A stretch of 21,326 bases of DNA. Origin: Trueperaceae bacterium. GTDB taxonomy: Bacteria; Deinococcota; Deinococci; Deinococcales; Trueperaceae. The stretch lies in contig JBBDRK010000033.1 of NCBI GenBank assembly GCA_040905465.1, positions 20,249 to 41,574 of the forward strand. Direction: 5' to 3'. Of this stretch, positions 6,889 to 15,564 are shown piece after piece; the first letter of the stretch is position 1; every line of letters starts with the position of its first letter. The translations under genes and the position numbers were made by a program. The notes below the pieces were generated by a model. That model did no database searches. It saw only the letters and a program-made list of their open reading frames with translations, and was not told where the DNA came from.

Positions 6889-9072
6889 ATGAACCGACGC
6901 AATTTCACGGCAGTGGCAGTTCTCGTCGCCATCTTGCTATCAGTGCTCTACCTCTGGCAGCCCTGGAACCAGGGCGAGTCCAGCCTGAAGCTGGGTCTCG
7001 ACCTTCAGGGCGGCCTGCGCGTTGTTCTGCAGGCGGACCAATCGAACCCCGAGCGCGAGGACATGGACGCGGCCCGCAGCGTAATCGAGAACCGCGTGAA
7101 CGAGTTCGGCGTGGCGGAGCCGATCATCCAGACGAGCGGCGACAACCGAATAGTTGTGGAACTGCCCGGCCTCTCCGCCGATCAGCAGGATCGTGCCCTC
7201 GATCTGATCGGACAACAGGCGATCCTCGAGTTCCGGCTGGTCCGGCAGCAAGCAGGCGACAGGTCTACCTCGCTGCTGACGAGCGCCGACCTGGAAGAGA
7301 CGCGTTTCACCGGTGAGATAATCCGCTCGGCTCGCGCCGACTTCAGCCCCCCTGGCGCCGGAGTCATAGGTCCTATCGTGCTGTTCGAGGTCAAGCGCGA
7401 GAACGCTTCCGAGTTCGGTGACTTCACCGCCTCCAACGTTGGCCGCCGGATGGCGGTCGTACTCGACGGAAACATCATCACGGCTCCGACGCTGCAGAGC
7501 CGAATCTCCGATTCCGGGCAGATCACGGGCATAGAGGACCTCGAGGAGGCTACCGACATCTCCCTGGTGCTGCGCAGCGGCGCCCTGCCGATCAACCTCC
7601 ACGTCGAGGAGATTCGGCAGATAGGGCCGACGCTCGGACAAGACTCCATCGAAGCGGGCGTTACCGCGGGCGGAATCGGAGCCGCCGTTATCGTCGCGGC
7701 AATCCTCCTTTTCTATGGCCCTATGTTCGGCGGCGTGCTGACGGTCGGCCTGTCCCTGGTACTACTGTTCGTCTTCGGCATACTCGCGGGACTGGGGGCC
7801 GCCCTCACGCTGCCGGGCCTGGCCGGCCTGGTCCTGACCATCGGGGCGGCGGTCGACGGTAACGTGATCTCCTTCGAGCGGATCAAGGAGGAGCTGCGTA
7901 GTGGCAAGAGCCTGCGGCTGGCGATGAAGAGCGGGTTCGGGAATTCGCTGTCGGCGATCATCGACGCCAACGTCACGACCCTGCTGGCCGCCGCGGCGCT
8001 CTACCAGTACACGACCGGTCCGGTACGCGGTTTCGCCACGATCCTCGCGATCGGCATCGTTTGCGCCGTGTTCGTGAACATCGTTGTGGTCCCGTTCCTG
8101 CTCGACGTGCTCACCCTGCGCTACAAGCGCTCCCGCATGCCGCGCGGCTTCTACCTGCAGGGACTCAGGTTCGTACGGCGCGCGCCGTTCGTCCTGACCA
8201 TCTCTGCTCTGCTGGCGGTGGCCGCGATCGTAGGTGTATCCGTCAGGGGACTGAGCCTGTCGACCGACTTCACCGGCGGCACGACCATCCTCTACCGGGC
8301 GCCTGACGGAACCTCTGTCGCCAACTTCCGCTCCGCGCTGGAGGATCTCGAGATAGAAGGCTTGTCCGCCTCGGGCGCCAACATCGTAGAGGTTTTCGAC
8401 AACACCATCGAAGGCAACCTCATCTCGGTCCGAGTCGGCGTGACAGATGACGGTGGCGCCAGCGAGTCACTTGCCTCGGATCTGGGCGCGGCGATCGGCG
8501 CCGACGTCCTGTCTGCCGACTACGTGGGCCCTGCGGTGGGTGCCGACCTCAGGCAAGGCGCGATCTACGCGGTTCTGGTTGCACTCGCGCTGATCCTGGT
8601 CTACGTCACCTGGCGCTTCTGGCCCAACTGGGTAGTGGCGGTGGGCGCGGTTCTCGCCGTGATCCACGACGTCGCGCTGGTCCTTGGGGTGCTTCAGCTC
8701 GCTGGGGCGGAGTTCAGCATCCCGGTCCTGGCGGCCCTGCTGTTCGTAGTGGGTTACTCGCTGAACGACTCGATCATCATCGCCGACAGGATTCGCGAGA
8801 ACCTGCGGCGGGTGCGGGACAGTTCCTACGAAGACATCGTCGACCTTTCGGTGAACCAGACCATGTCGCGTACGGTAATGACCTCAGGCACGACGTTGCT
8901 GCCGGTACTGGCGCTGTTGTTCTTCGGCGGCTCGGTGCTGCGTGACTTCAGCCTTACGCTGCTGATCGGCATAGGCGTGGGCACCTACTCGAGCATCTTC
9001 ATCCTGGCGGCCATGGTCGTGTGGTTCCGGCAGCGGCGCCGGCAGGTCAGGGAGGTCCGCCGCTCGGCCTGA
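6889..9072 (+). CDS. secDF: Fused protein translocase subunit SecDF
   Basis: LKLGLDLQGG, IENRVNEFGVAEP, LRSGALP, IGPTLGQDSI, AVDGNV, DFTGG, GYSLNDSIII.DRIREN; SD AGGAG at 6879-6883. Confidence 0.97.
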   Translation: MNRRNFTAVAVLVAILLSVLYLWQPWNQGESSLKLGLDLQGGLRVVLQADQSNPEREDMDAARSVIENRVNEFGVAEPIIQTSGDNRIVVELPGLSADQQDRALDLIGQQAILEFRLVRQQAGDRSTSLLTSADLEETRFTGEIIRSARADFSPPGAGVIGPIVLFEVKRENASEFGDFTASNVGRRMAVVLDGNIITAPTLQSRISDSGQITGIEDLEEATDISLVLRSGALPINLHVEEIRQIGPTLGQDSIEAGVTAGGIGAAVIVAAILLFYGPMFGGVLTVGLSLVLLFVFGILAGLGAALTLPGLAGLVLTIGAAVDGNVISFERIKEELRSGKSLRLAMKSGFGNSLSAIIDANVTTLLAAAALYQYTTGPVRGFATILAIGIVCAVFVNIVVVPFLLDVLTLRYKRSRMPRGFYLQGLRFVRRAPFVLTISALLAVAAIVGVSVRGLSLSTDFTGGTTILYRAPDGTSVANFRSALEDLEIEGLSASGANIVEVFDNTIEGNLISVRVGVTDDGGASESLASDLGAAIGADVLSADYVGPAVGADLRQGAIYAVLVALALILVYVTWRFWPNWVVAVGAVLAVIHDVALVLGVLQLAGAEFSIPVLAALLFVVGYSLNDSIIIADRIRENLRRVRDSSYEDIVDLSVNQTMSRTVMTSGTTLLPVLALLFFGGSVLRDFSLTLLIGIGVGTYSSIFILAAMVVWFRQRRRQVREVRRSA

Positions 9073-9081
9073 GCGGGCCCA

Positions 9082-9480
9082 TCAGTCGGATGTTCCGGCA
9101 CTACCCGGATCCGGAACATCCACGCTCAGCTGCCGAACCACTTCGTCGCCGCGTGACAAGACGGCGCGCCAGCGCCCAGGCAGCAGCTCCACGTCTTCGG
9201 GCAGAGTGACCCTGAACCTCTGCCCTGCATCGGCCGGCTCGATCCAGCGGCTCTCCGACGCCACTTCGCGGTTTGCAGGAGAGAACCACTGGATTGCCAG
9301 CCAACCTTCGGAGGGCACCGTCCGAATCGCCAGGTCCAGGCTGGGACGGCCACCCTTGACCTCTGCGAAGCCCTCCAGCTCGAAGCGCTCGCGCGCCTCG
9401 AGCGGGGTGGGGACCGGCGGCAGATAGAGCGGTTGGCAGCCCAGCGGCAGGAGCAGCAGAACGAGCGTCAATCGCCGCAT
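9082..9480 (-). CDS. Putative lipoprotein (about 132 aa), function unknown
   Basis: MRRLTLVLLLLPLG|C lipobox-like signal; ATG overlaps the rsmE stop (TGATG). Confidence 0.75.
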   Translation of the reverse strand: MRRLTLVLLLLPLGCQPLYLPPVPTPLEARERFELEGFAEVKGGRPSLDLAIRTVPSEGWLAIQWFSPANREVASESRWIEPADAGQRFRVTLPEDVELLPGRWRAVLSRGDEVVRQLSVDVPDPGSAGTSD

Positions 9481-10277
9481 CACAAGGCCTCGGGAACCAG
9501 CAGCGCCGCCAACATTGCCACCGGCGCTGTCTCGGCGCGCAACACGCGGGCTCCGAGCCGAACGGCTCGTGCACCACGCGATTCGAGGTCGGACACCTCT
9601 TCGGCCGTGAAGCCGCCTTCCGGGCCGGTTACGACGGTAATCTTCTCGGCAGCGGACGAGCCGGAGTCGTGACCGGGCGGCCGGGTCGCGCCCACTTCGT
9701 TCGTTCGCTGCAGCCGAGTTTCCGGCGCGTCTCGCCGCTGTAGACCGCCCCCGAGCACCGTGAGCAGCGTCGAACCGGCTCCGGGCTGCGCGACCAGCGC
9801 CAGTCCGTCGACCTCCAGGTCCGGCAGCGCAACGGCCTCGGCAACCAGTGGAACCACCGACCGGCCGCTCTGCTTTGCCGCCTCGCGCGCGACGCGTCGC
9901 AACCGCTCAAGCTTGTTCGCCGACAGCTCGGGAACGTCGCGGCGCCTGCTGAGCAGCGGCCGGAACGAGACTGCACCCAGCTCGGTGCATTGACGCACCA
10001 CATCGGCGAGCTTGTCCCCCTTCAACAACGAAATAGCAACGGTTACGGCGATGCCGGCCTCGAGCCGGCCGCTGTTCGGTTCCCGCAGTTCGATCACTAC
10101 CCTGCCGGTTTCGACTGTCAGCACCGCACCGTCCGCCTCCTTGCCGCACCCGTCGAAGGCGCGCACCGGTACCCCCGGGACCACCCGCAGCACCTGAGCG
10201 AGGTGTTGAGCCTCGCTGCCGATGACGACGTTGGCGCCTCGGTTCAACTCCGGGAGGTAGATCCTGTGAATACGCAC
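9480..10277 (-). CDS. rsmE: 16S rRNA m3U1498 methyltransferase RsmE
   Basis: HLAQVLRV, KGDK..VVRQCTELG, EAAKQSGR, GPEGGFT.EE, LGARVLRAETA; likely GTG start at 10277 (VRIHRIY). Confidence 0.95.
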   Translation of the reverse strand: MRIHRIYLPELNRGANVVIGSEAQHLAQVLRVVPGVPVRAFDGCGKEADGAVLTVETGRVVIELREPNSGRLEAGIAVTVAISLLKGDKLADVVRQCTELGAVSFRPLLSRRRDVPELSANKLERLRRVAREAAKQSGRSVVPLVAEAVALPDLEVDGLALVAQPGAGSTLLTVLGGGLQRRDAPETRLQRTNEVGATRPPGHDSGSSAAEKITVVTGPEGGFTAEEVSDLESRGARAVRLGARVLRAETAPVAMLAALLVPEAL

Positions 10278-10287
10278 TGCCGCCCCG

Positions 10288-11091
10288 TCAACCCGAGTCG
10301 CGCTTGCGCACCGCCGCAAGCAGCCGCCACTCGCCGTCGGCCTGCCAGCCGGCCGACTCGAACGAGTCTGCCAGCGCCTCTTCCACGAGACTGGCGCGTT
10401 CGGCCAGGATGCCGGTCACGAGCAGACTGCCGCCCGGCCGCAATGCGGCGGCATAAGCGGAAGCCAGCTCGACGTGCAGCTCGGCGTGGAGATTGGCGAC
10501 GATAAGGTCGGCTCGATCGTCGGCGTTCAGGCCGCGGCGCTCGAACACGGCCCGTGACCGGTTGAGCTCGGCGTTCTCGCGGGCGATGGGGATCGTTTGA
10601 TCATCGATGTCGACGCCGAGACTCCGGCCGGCGCCCAGCAGGTCGGCGGCGATCGCGAGTATTCCGGAACCCGCTCCTACGTCGAGCACTCTCTTCCCCA
10701 TCAGTTGCTCCGCGGTCAACGCCTCCAGCGCCAGCCGAGTAGTTTCGTGGTGACCGGTACCGAAGGCCATGCCCGGGTCGATCCACAGTGGCTTCTGGCC
10801 GGCGCTCAGCACGGCCGTGCGGTGAGTGGGGGCGATCACCAAGGAACCGACAGTCAGGCAGTCGAGCTCCCGGTAGTAACGTTCCAGGTAGTCATGCTCC
10901 AACGTCTCGTGCCAGACGCCCTCCAGCGGCAGAGCGACGACGGAGTCGAAGTAGCCGACGATCTCCTCTCCCTCCTCTGCCACGCCGATGCAGCCGTGTT
11001 CCCAGAGCTCCTGCGCCTCGGGACCCTCCAGGCCCAACTCGGTCCGCAAGCGGAAGGCGAAGCCGGATCCCTTGCTGCCTGACTTGCTCAC
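10288..11091 (-). CDS. prmA: Ribosomal protein L11 methyltransferase PrmA
   Basis: IDPGMAFGTGHHETT, VLDVGAGSGILAIAA, DLIVAN; usual neighbour of rsmE; GTG start overlaps the upstream stop. Confidence 0.93.
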   Translation of the reverse strand: MSKSGSKGSGFAFRLRTELGLEGPEAQELWEHGCIGVAEEGEEIVGYFDSVVALPLEGVWHETLEHDYLERYYRELDCLTVGSLVIAPTHRTAVLSAGQKPLWIDPGMAFGTGHHETTRLALEALTAEQLMGKRVLDVGAGSGILAIAADLLGAGRSLGVDIDDQTIPIARENAELNRSRAVFERRGLNADDRADLIVANLHAELHVELASAYAAALRPGGSLLVTGILAERASLVEEALADSFESAGWQADGEWRLLAAVRKRDSG

Positions 11092-12791
11092 GCCTCGACG
11101 CGCGGTTCACGCACCCGCTCGTCACGGGTGATGACCTCGAACCCGAGCCTCTGTCCTTCCCGTAAGTAGAACTCGATATCGGCACTGTGCGTGCTCGGCC
11201 CCAGCGATGCCCGCTCGAACGCCCTGGTTGCGGTCATTATCATGGTTTCCGCCATGCAGGCCGGAACCCGGCCGTCGCCGAACTGCATGTCGATACGAGA
11301 CCTCATCTCACCCGGCGGACGCACTACGCCTCCGGGGATCACATGCACGCCCGGCACCTCGTGAACGCTCTCGTCGACATCCGCCGGTCGCCCGAGGTCG
11401 TATATCCAGGCACCAGGTTTCACATGCTCCGGGAAGATCACGGGATCCGGATCCGAGGTTGCGCTGAAGATAAGGTCCGCCGCTCCCACTGCGTTGATGT
11501 CGACCGATGAGACTATCTTCGTTTCCGGAAACTTTCGCTGCAGGCTCGCCGCGCTGCGCTCGAGCCGTTCGGCGTCGCGGCCAATGAGGATCAGTTCGCC
11601 CACCTCCCCTGCGATCATCCGAGCAACTCCGAAAGCGACCACCCCGTTGGCGCCCACGACGGCGGCTGTCGAGGCGCGTAACGAGCCGCCCTCTCGCTCG
11701 AATCGCTCGAGCAGCCCCGGCACGGCGGCCCGGACGGTGGCGGCGGTATAAGCGCCGCCGTTGGTGATCGCCAACTCCGGCACCGCCTCCTTTACCTCCA
11801 GGCCCTTGTTGCCGACGGTCGACCAGAAGGCTCCCAGCCCGAACGCCTCGGCACCGAGGTCGCGTGCGAAGCGTGCACCCTGGATGGCCAGCTTGGTTGC
11901 CAGCTCGGGATAGGCCCGGATCTGCTCGGGAAGCATGCCGCCCACGACCAGCATCACGCGCAGTTCACGCCCGTCGGAGAGCCGAATACCGGTTACCTCG
12001 CCGAGGAGTTGAGGACGCATGTAGGGCATGATCCGCAGGAGCAGTCTTTCGTCGATGAAGCGGTGCTTTACCAGACGCCCGACCCAGCCGTGCGAACGCG
12101 TCTGCCACAAGTCGCCCAGCTTCATCGGGTGGACCATGAACGCTGCCCGCACCACGTTCGGGTCGCTGCCTCTCACTGGCGGCGGCTCACCGAGCCGCAC
12201 TTCGGTTCCGTCGAGGATCCGGGCAAGGCTCGACTTGTGGCGCCACAGGGCCACCAGCAGCAGCCCGGTAGCCGCAAGTACGTAGGGCGGTCCGAGTCCC
12301 AAGACGGCGACCACCAGGGCCAGCGCCACCAGCGCGACCAGGGTGGCGAGCGCAACGTAGGCGGTGCTCGCCAGGAAGGCGGCGAACACGGCGACCGGCA
12401 GAAGCCCACCGAGAAACGGCATCGGCCCGAACACCACAAGGCCCGCCAGGGCGCCCAGCAGCACGCCGTTGCCACGCCCGCGCGGAATCTGCTCGCGCCA
12501 GCCGGGAAACGGCGGGTGCAAGTGACCCGCGAACGCGCCCAGGGCGCCCCAGGGGCTGCCGAGGGTGAGGCCGACGGCAGCAAACCCCTTGATCACATCG
12601 AGCACGAGCGAGGCCAGGGCAGCAGTCGGACCCAGCAGCCGCAACATGTTCTCCACACCCAGGTTGTGCGCCGTGAATGCGTTGGGGTCCTTGCCCGTAA
12701 GCAGCCGAACCGCCAGGCTTCCCAAGGGAAGCGCGCCGATCAGCCAACCGGCCGCCAGCGCCAGAACGGCGAACGTGAACGAGGTCGACAT
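11088..12791 (-). CDS. Fusion: N-terminal PlsY-like glycerol-3-phosphate acyltransferase plus C-terminal NAD(P)-binding acyl-ACP-reductase-like domain (567 aa)
   Basis: About 200 hydrophobic N-terminal residues with PlsY-like motifs (GWLIGALPLG, LDVIKG, GHLHP, RGRGNG, RHKSSLARI.GTE); C-terminal part with AFMVHP, GLGAFWSTVG, TNGGAYTA, Rossmann-like VVGANG, DLGRP, ACMAETM. Confidence 0.75.
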   Translation of the reverse strand: MSTSFTFAVLALAAGWLIGALPLGSLAVRLLTGKDPNAFTAHNLGVENMLRLLGPTAALASLVLDVIKGFAAVGLTLGSPWGALGAFAGHLHPPFPGWREQIPRGRGNGVLLGALAGLVVFGPMPFLGGLLPVAVFAAFLASTAYVALATLVALVALALVVAVLGLGPPYVLAATGLLLVALWRHKSSLARILDGTEVRLGEPPPVRGSDPNVVRAAFMVHPMKLGDLWQTRSHGWVGRLVKHRFIDERLLLRIMPYMRPQLLGEVTGIRLSDGRELRVMLVVGGMLPEQIRAYPELATKLAIQGARFARDLGAEAFGLGAFWSTVGNKGLEVKEAVPELAITNGGAYTAATVRAAVPGLLERFEREGGSLRASTAAVVGANGVVAFGVARMIAGEVGELILIGRDAERLERSAASLQRKFPETKIVSSVDINAVGAADLIFSATSDPDPVIFPEHVKPGAWIYDLGRPADVDESVHEVPGVHVIPGGVVRPPGEMRSRIDMQFGDGRVPACMAETMIMTATRAFERASLGPSTHSADIEFYLREGQRLGFEVITRDERVREPRVEA

Positions 12792-12797
12792 CGGAGC

Positions 12798-12893
12798 CCA
12801 TTGTACGCCCGCTTGATTGCCGTGAAGCTCTCGGCTATCTCACACGAGCGGAACTCCGCCTCACCCCGGGCCCGGCTAGGTTCCGTACAATGG
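12798..12893. promoter_or_regulatory. Divergent promoters with TACAAT -10 boxes directly before both start codons (leaderless transcripts)
   Basis: TACAAT on the minus strand (12805-12800) 8 nt before the ATG at 12791; TACAAT on the plus strand (12886-12891) 7 nt before the GTG at 12899; no SD for either gene. Confidence 0.65.
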
Positions 12894-12898
12894 TGTGA

Positions 12899-15481
12899 GT
12901 GGAAAGTCGAATGCCCCCCCAGAACCTCGAGGCCGAGCAGAGTGTGCTCGGCAGCGTGCTGCTAGACAACGACGTATACGCCCGGATCGAAGGAACGCTG
13001 CGCGCGGAACAGTTCTACAAGGAGGGTCACAGGAAGATCTTCCGCTGCATGGAGCGGCTCTTTCGGCGCGGCGATCCGACCGATCTCGTTACGCTGACCG
13101 AGGAGTTGCGCCAGAGCGGCGACCTCGAGAGCGTAGGGAGCGTTCCCTATCTCATCGGGCTGGCCGACAGCGTTCCGACCGCCGCCTACGCCGAGAACTA
13201 CGCCCGAATAGTCGCCGAGAAGGCAGTGTTGCGCGACCTGATCGCCACCAGCGGCACCATCATGCAGACTGCCTTCGACCAGTCGATGCCGATCGAGCAG
13301 ATCCTCGACAAGGCCGAGGCTTCGATCTTCGACCTCGCCGGCAGTCGCCGCAGCCAGGACTTCCAGGGCATGGGCGAGCTCGTCAACGATACCTTCGCCT
13401 ACATAAACGAGCTCTTCGCCAATCCCGATCCCGTTTCGGGGTTGCGTACCGGGTTCAAGGAGCTCGATCAGCTCACCGCCGGGCTGCAGCCGTCGAGCCT
13501 CAATGTGCTGGCGGCTCGGCCTTCCATGGGAAAGACGGCGCTGGGCCTGTCGATCGCCCAGAACGTGGCCCTGCGAGAAGGCAAGCCGGTGGGTCTGTTC
13601 TCGCTGGAGATGTCCAGCCTGCAGTTAGTGACCCGGATGCTTTGCTCCGAGGCGCGAGTCGACATGAGCCGGGTGCGCAATGGGCAGCTGTCCGACCGAG
13701 ATTTCCAGCGGCTCGCCGATACCGCCGGGCGAATGTCGGAGGCACAGATCTTCATCGACGACAACGCCGACATGACGGTCATGGAGCTGCGTAGCCGGGC
13801 ACGCCGGCTGGTTTCGGAGCACGGCGCGGGTTTGATCATGATCGACTACCTGCAACTCATGTCGGGCGGCAACAGCGAGAACCGCCAGCAGGAGATCTCC
13901 AACATCTCCCGAGGTCTCAAGGCGCTTGCGCGCGAGTTGGATGTCCCGGTGTTGGTGCTCTCGCAGCTCTCTCGTGCGGTGGAGGCCCGGCCGAACAAGC
14001 GGCCGATGCTGTCCGACCTCCGTGAGTGCGTGACGGGCGACACGTTGGTGGTACTGAGCGACGGCCGTCGAGTGCCGATAAGCGAGCTGGAAGGCACGAC
14101 GCCGGAAGTCGTGGCTCTCGGTGTTGACGGCAAGCTGACCGTCGCGCGCAGCGACAAGGTCTGGAAGGTCGGTACCCGCGAGGTGTTCGAGCTGAAGCTG
14201 GCCAGCGGGCGGCGGATTCGGGCGACCGGGAAGCACCGCCTATTAACGGCCGACGGCTGGCGCACGCTTAACGAGCTTGCGGTGGGCGACAGGTTGGCTA
14301 TAGCTCGTCTACTGCCGCAACCGCGGAGTGCCGAGGCTTGGCCCGATTCCAGCGTGGCACTGCTGGGACAACTTATAGGTGACGGCAGCTATCTGAAGGG
14401 TCAGCCGTTGCGTTATTCAACCGCATCCGAAGAAAACAGCCGGGTCGTTGAGGAAGGTGCTCTTGCGCTCGGATCGACCGTTAGGCGCTACAAAGGACGC
14501 AAGCACTGGCATCAACTCTTGATCGGAAACAACGGAAATCGTTGGCACGCCTGTGGCGTAGGTGGCTGGCTGAAGGAGTTGGGTATCTTCGGTCAACGTT
14601 CCCATCAAAAGCGCGTTCCAGAGGCTGCGTTCGAGCTGGCGAGCGCTCAGGTAGCCCTCCTGCTCAGGCACATGTGGGCCGCAGACGGTTGTATCCATAC
14701 TAGAAAGGACGGGCAGCGAGGCAGTCAGACGGTCTACTACGGTACCAACAGCGAAGGCCTCGCCTACGATGTGGCCGCACTGCTTCTCCGGTTGGGGATA
14801 GTCGCCCGAATAAAGTCGGTCCAAAAAGAAGGTTACCGGCCAGGATTCCAGGTATTCGTTTCCGGTAGCAGTGATCAGCGACGTTTTCTGGATAATGTCG
14901 GTACCTTTGGTCCACGGGAAAAGCCGGGACTCGCCCTGAGTACAAGACTGATTGCCATCTCTGCCAACCCCAATGTCGACACGGTGCCTCGAGAGATATT
15001 CAGTCATGTGTCGCTGCTGATGGCGCGGCAAGGACTGAGCCGACAGGACGTTGCCGCGTTGCGGGGCCTGAGGCGCTCTAACCTCTATATGGAGTATGCC
15101 CCTACTAGAAGTGTGATTCAAAGCTACGCGACCGCGTTGCAGGACGACCGGTTGCTGCAACTCGCAGCGAATGACCTGTTCTGGGACAGTGTTGTCGGGA
15201 TTAGTCCGGCTGGTCCGGCGGTAGTGTATGATATCACCGTACCGGGACCATCTAGTTGGCTCGCCGACAGCATTGTAAGTCATAATAGTGGAGCTATTGA
15301 GCAGGACGCAGATTTGGTTATGTTCATATACCGCGATGAGTATTACGACTCGAACTCCGAGAAACAGGGCATCGCCGAGGTGATCATCGGCAAGCAGCGC
15401 AACGGCCCCGTCGGCACGGTCGACCTGCAGTTCCACAACGCCCACGTGCGCTTCAACGATCTGGCCCGCACGAGCGGCTGA
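12899..15481 (+). CDS. dnaB: Replicative DNA helicase DnaB (860-aa precursor; 440 aa after intein excision)
   Basis: PPQNLEAEQSVLG, Walker A AARPSMGKT, FSLEM, IDYLQLM, LSQLSR, SDLRE/SGAIEQDAD, KQRNGPVG. Confidence 0.98.
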   Translation: MESRMPPQNLEAEQSVLGSVLLDNDVYARIEGTLRAEQFYKEGHRKIFRCMERLFRRGDPTDLVTLTEELRQSGDLESVGSVPYLIGLADSVPTAAYAENYARIVAEKAVLRDLIATSGTIMQTAFDQSMPIEQILDKAEASIFDLAGSRRSQDFQGMGELVNDTFAYINELFANPDPVSGLRTGFKELDQLTAGLQPSSLNVLAARPSMGKTALGLSIAQNVALREGKPVGLFSLEMSSLQLVTRMLCSEARVDMSRVRNGQLSDRDFQRLADTAGRMSEAQIFIDDNADMTVMELRSRARRLVSEHGAGLIMIDYLQLMSGGNSENRQQEISNISRGLKALARELDVPVLVLSQLSRAVEARPNKRPMLSDLRECVTGDTLVVLSDGRRVPISELEGTTPEVVALGVDGKLTVARSDKVWKVGTREVFELKLASGRRIRATGKHRLLTADGWRTLNELAVGDRLAIARLLPQPRSAEAWPDSSVALLGQLIGDGSYLKGQPLRYSTASEENSRVVEEGALALGSTVRRYKGRKHWHQLLIGNNGNRWHACGVGGWLKELGIFGQRSHQKRVPEAAFELASAQVALLLRHMWAADGCIHTRKDGQRGSQTVYYGTNSEGLAYDVAALLLRLGIVARIKSVQKEGYRPGFQVFVSGSSDQRRFLDNVGTFGPREKPGLALSTRLIAISANPNVDTVPREIFSHVSLLMARQGLSRQDVAALRGLRRSNLYMEYAPTRSVIQSYATALQDDRLLQLAANDLFWDSVVGISPAGPAVVYDITVPGPSSWLADSIVSHNSGAIEQDADLVMFIYRDEYYDSNSEKQGIAEVIIGKQRNGPVGTVDLQFHNAHVRFNDLARTSG
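14027..15286 (+). mobile_element. Intein with LAGLIDADG homing endonuclease domain (420 aa) in DnaB
   Basis: Starts CVTGDT after SDLRE; block B ATGKHRLLT; endonuclease motifs LLGQLIGDG and LLRHMWAADG; ends VYDITV..IVSHN followed by Ser(+1). Confidence 0.96.
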
Positions 15482-15553
15482 AGACGGTCGCACCGGCCGA
15501 GTCCGCGGGCCAGAAAGCACCGAAGGCATCAAACTCTTCTCACCGACCATTAG

Positions 15554-15559
15554 TAGACT
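15554..15559 (+). promoter_or_regulatory. TAGACT -10 box directly upstream of ftsH (probable leaderless start)
   Basis: TAGACT 5 nt before the ATG at 15565; no SD. Confidence 0.5.
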
Positions 15560-15564
15560 CGGGC

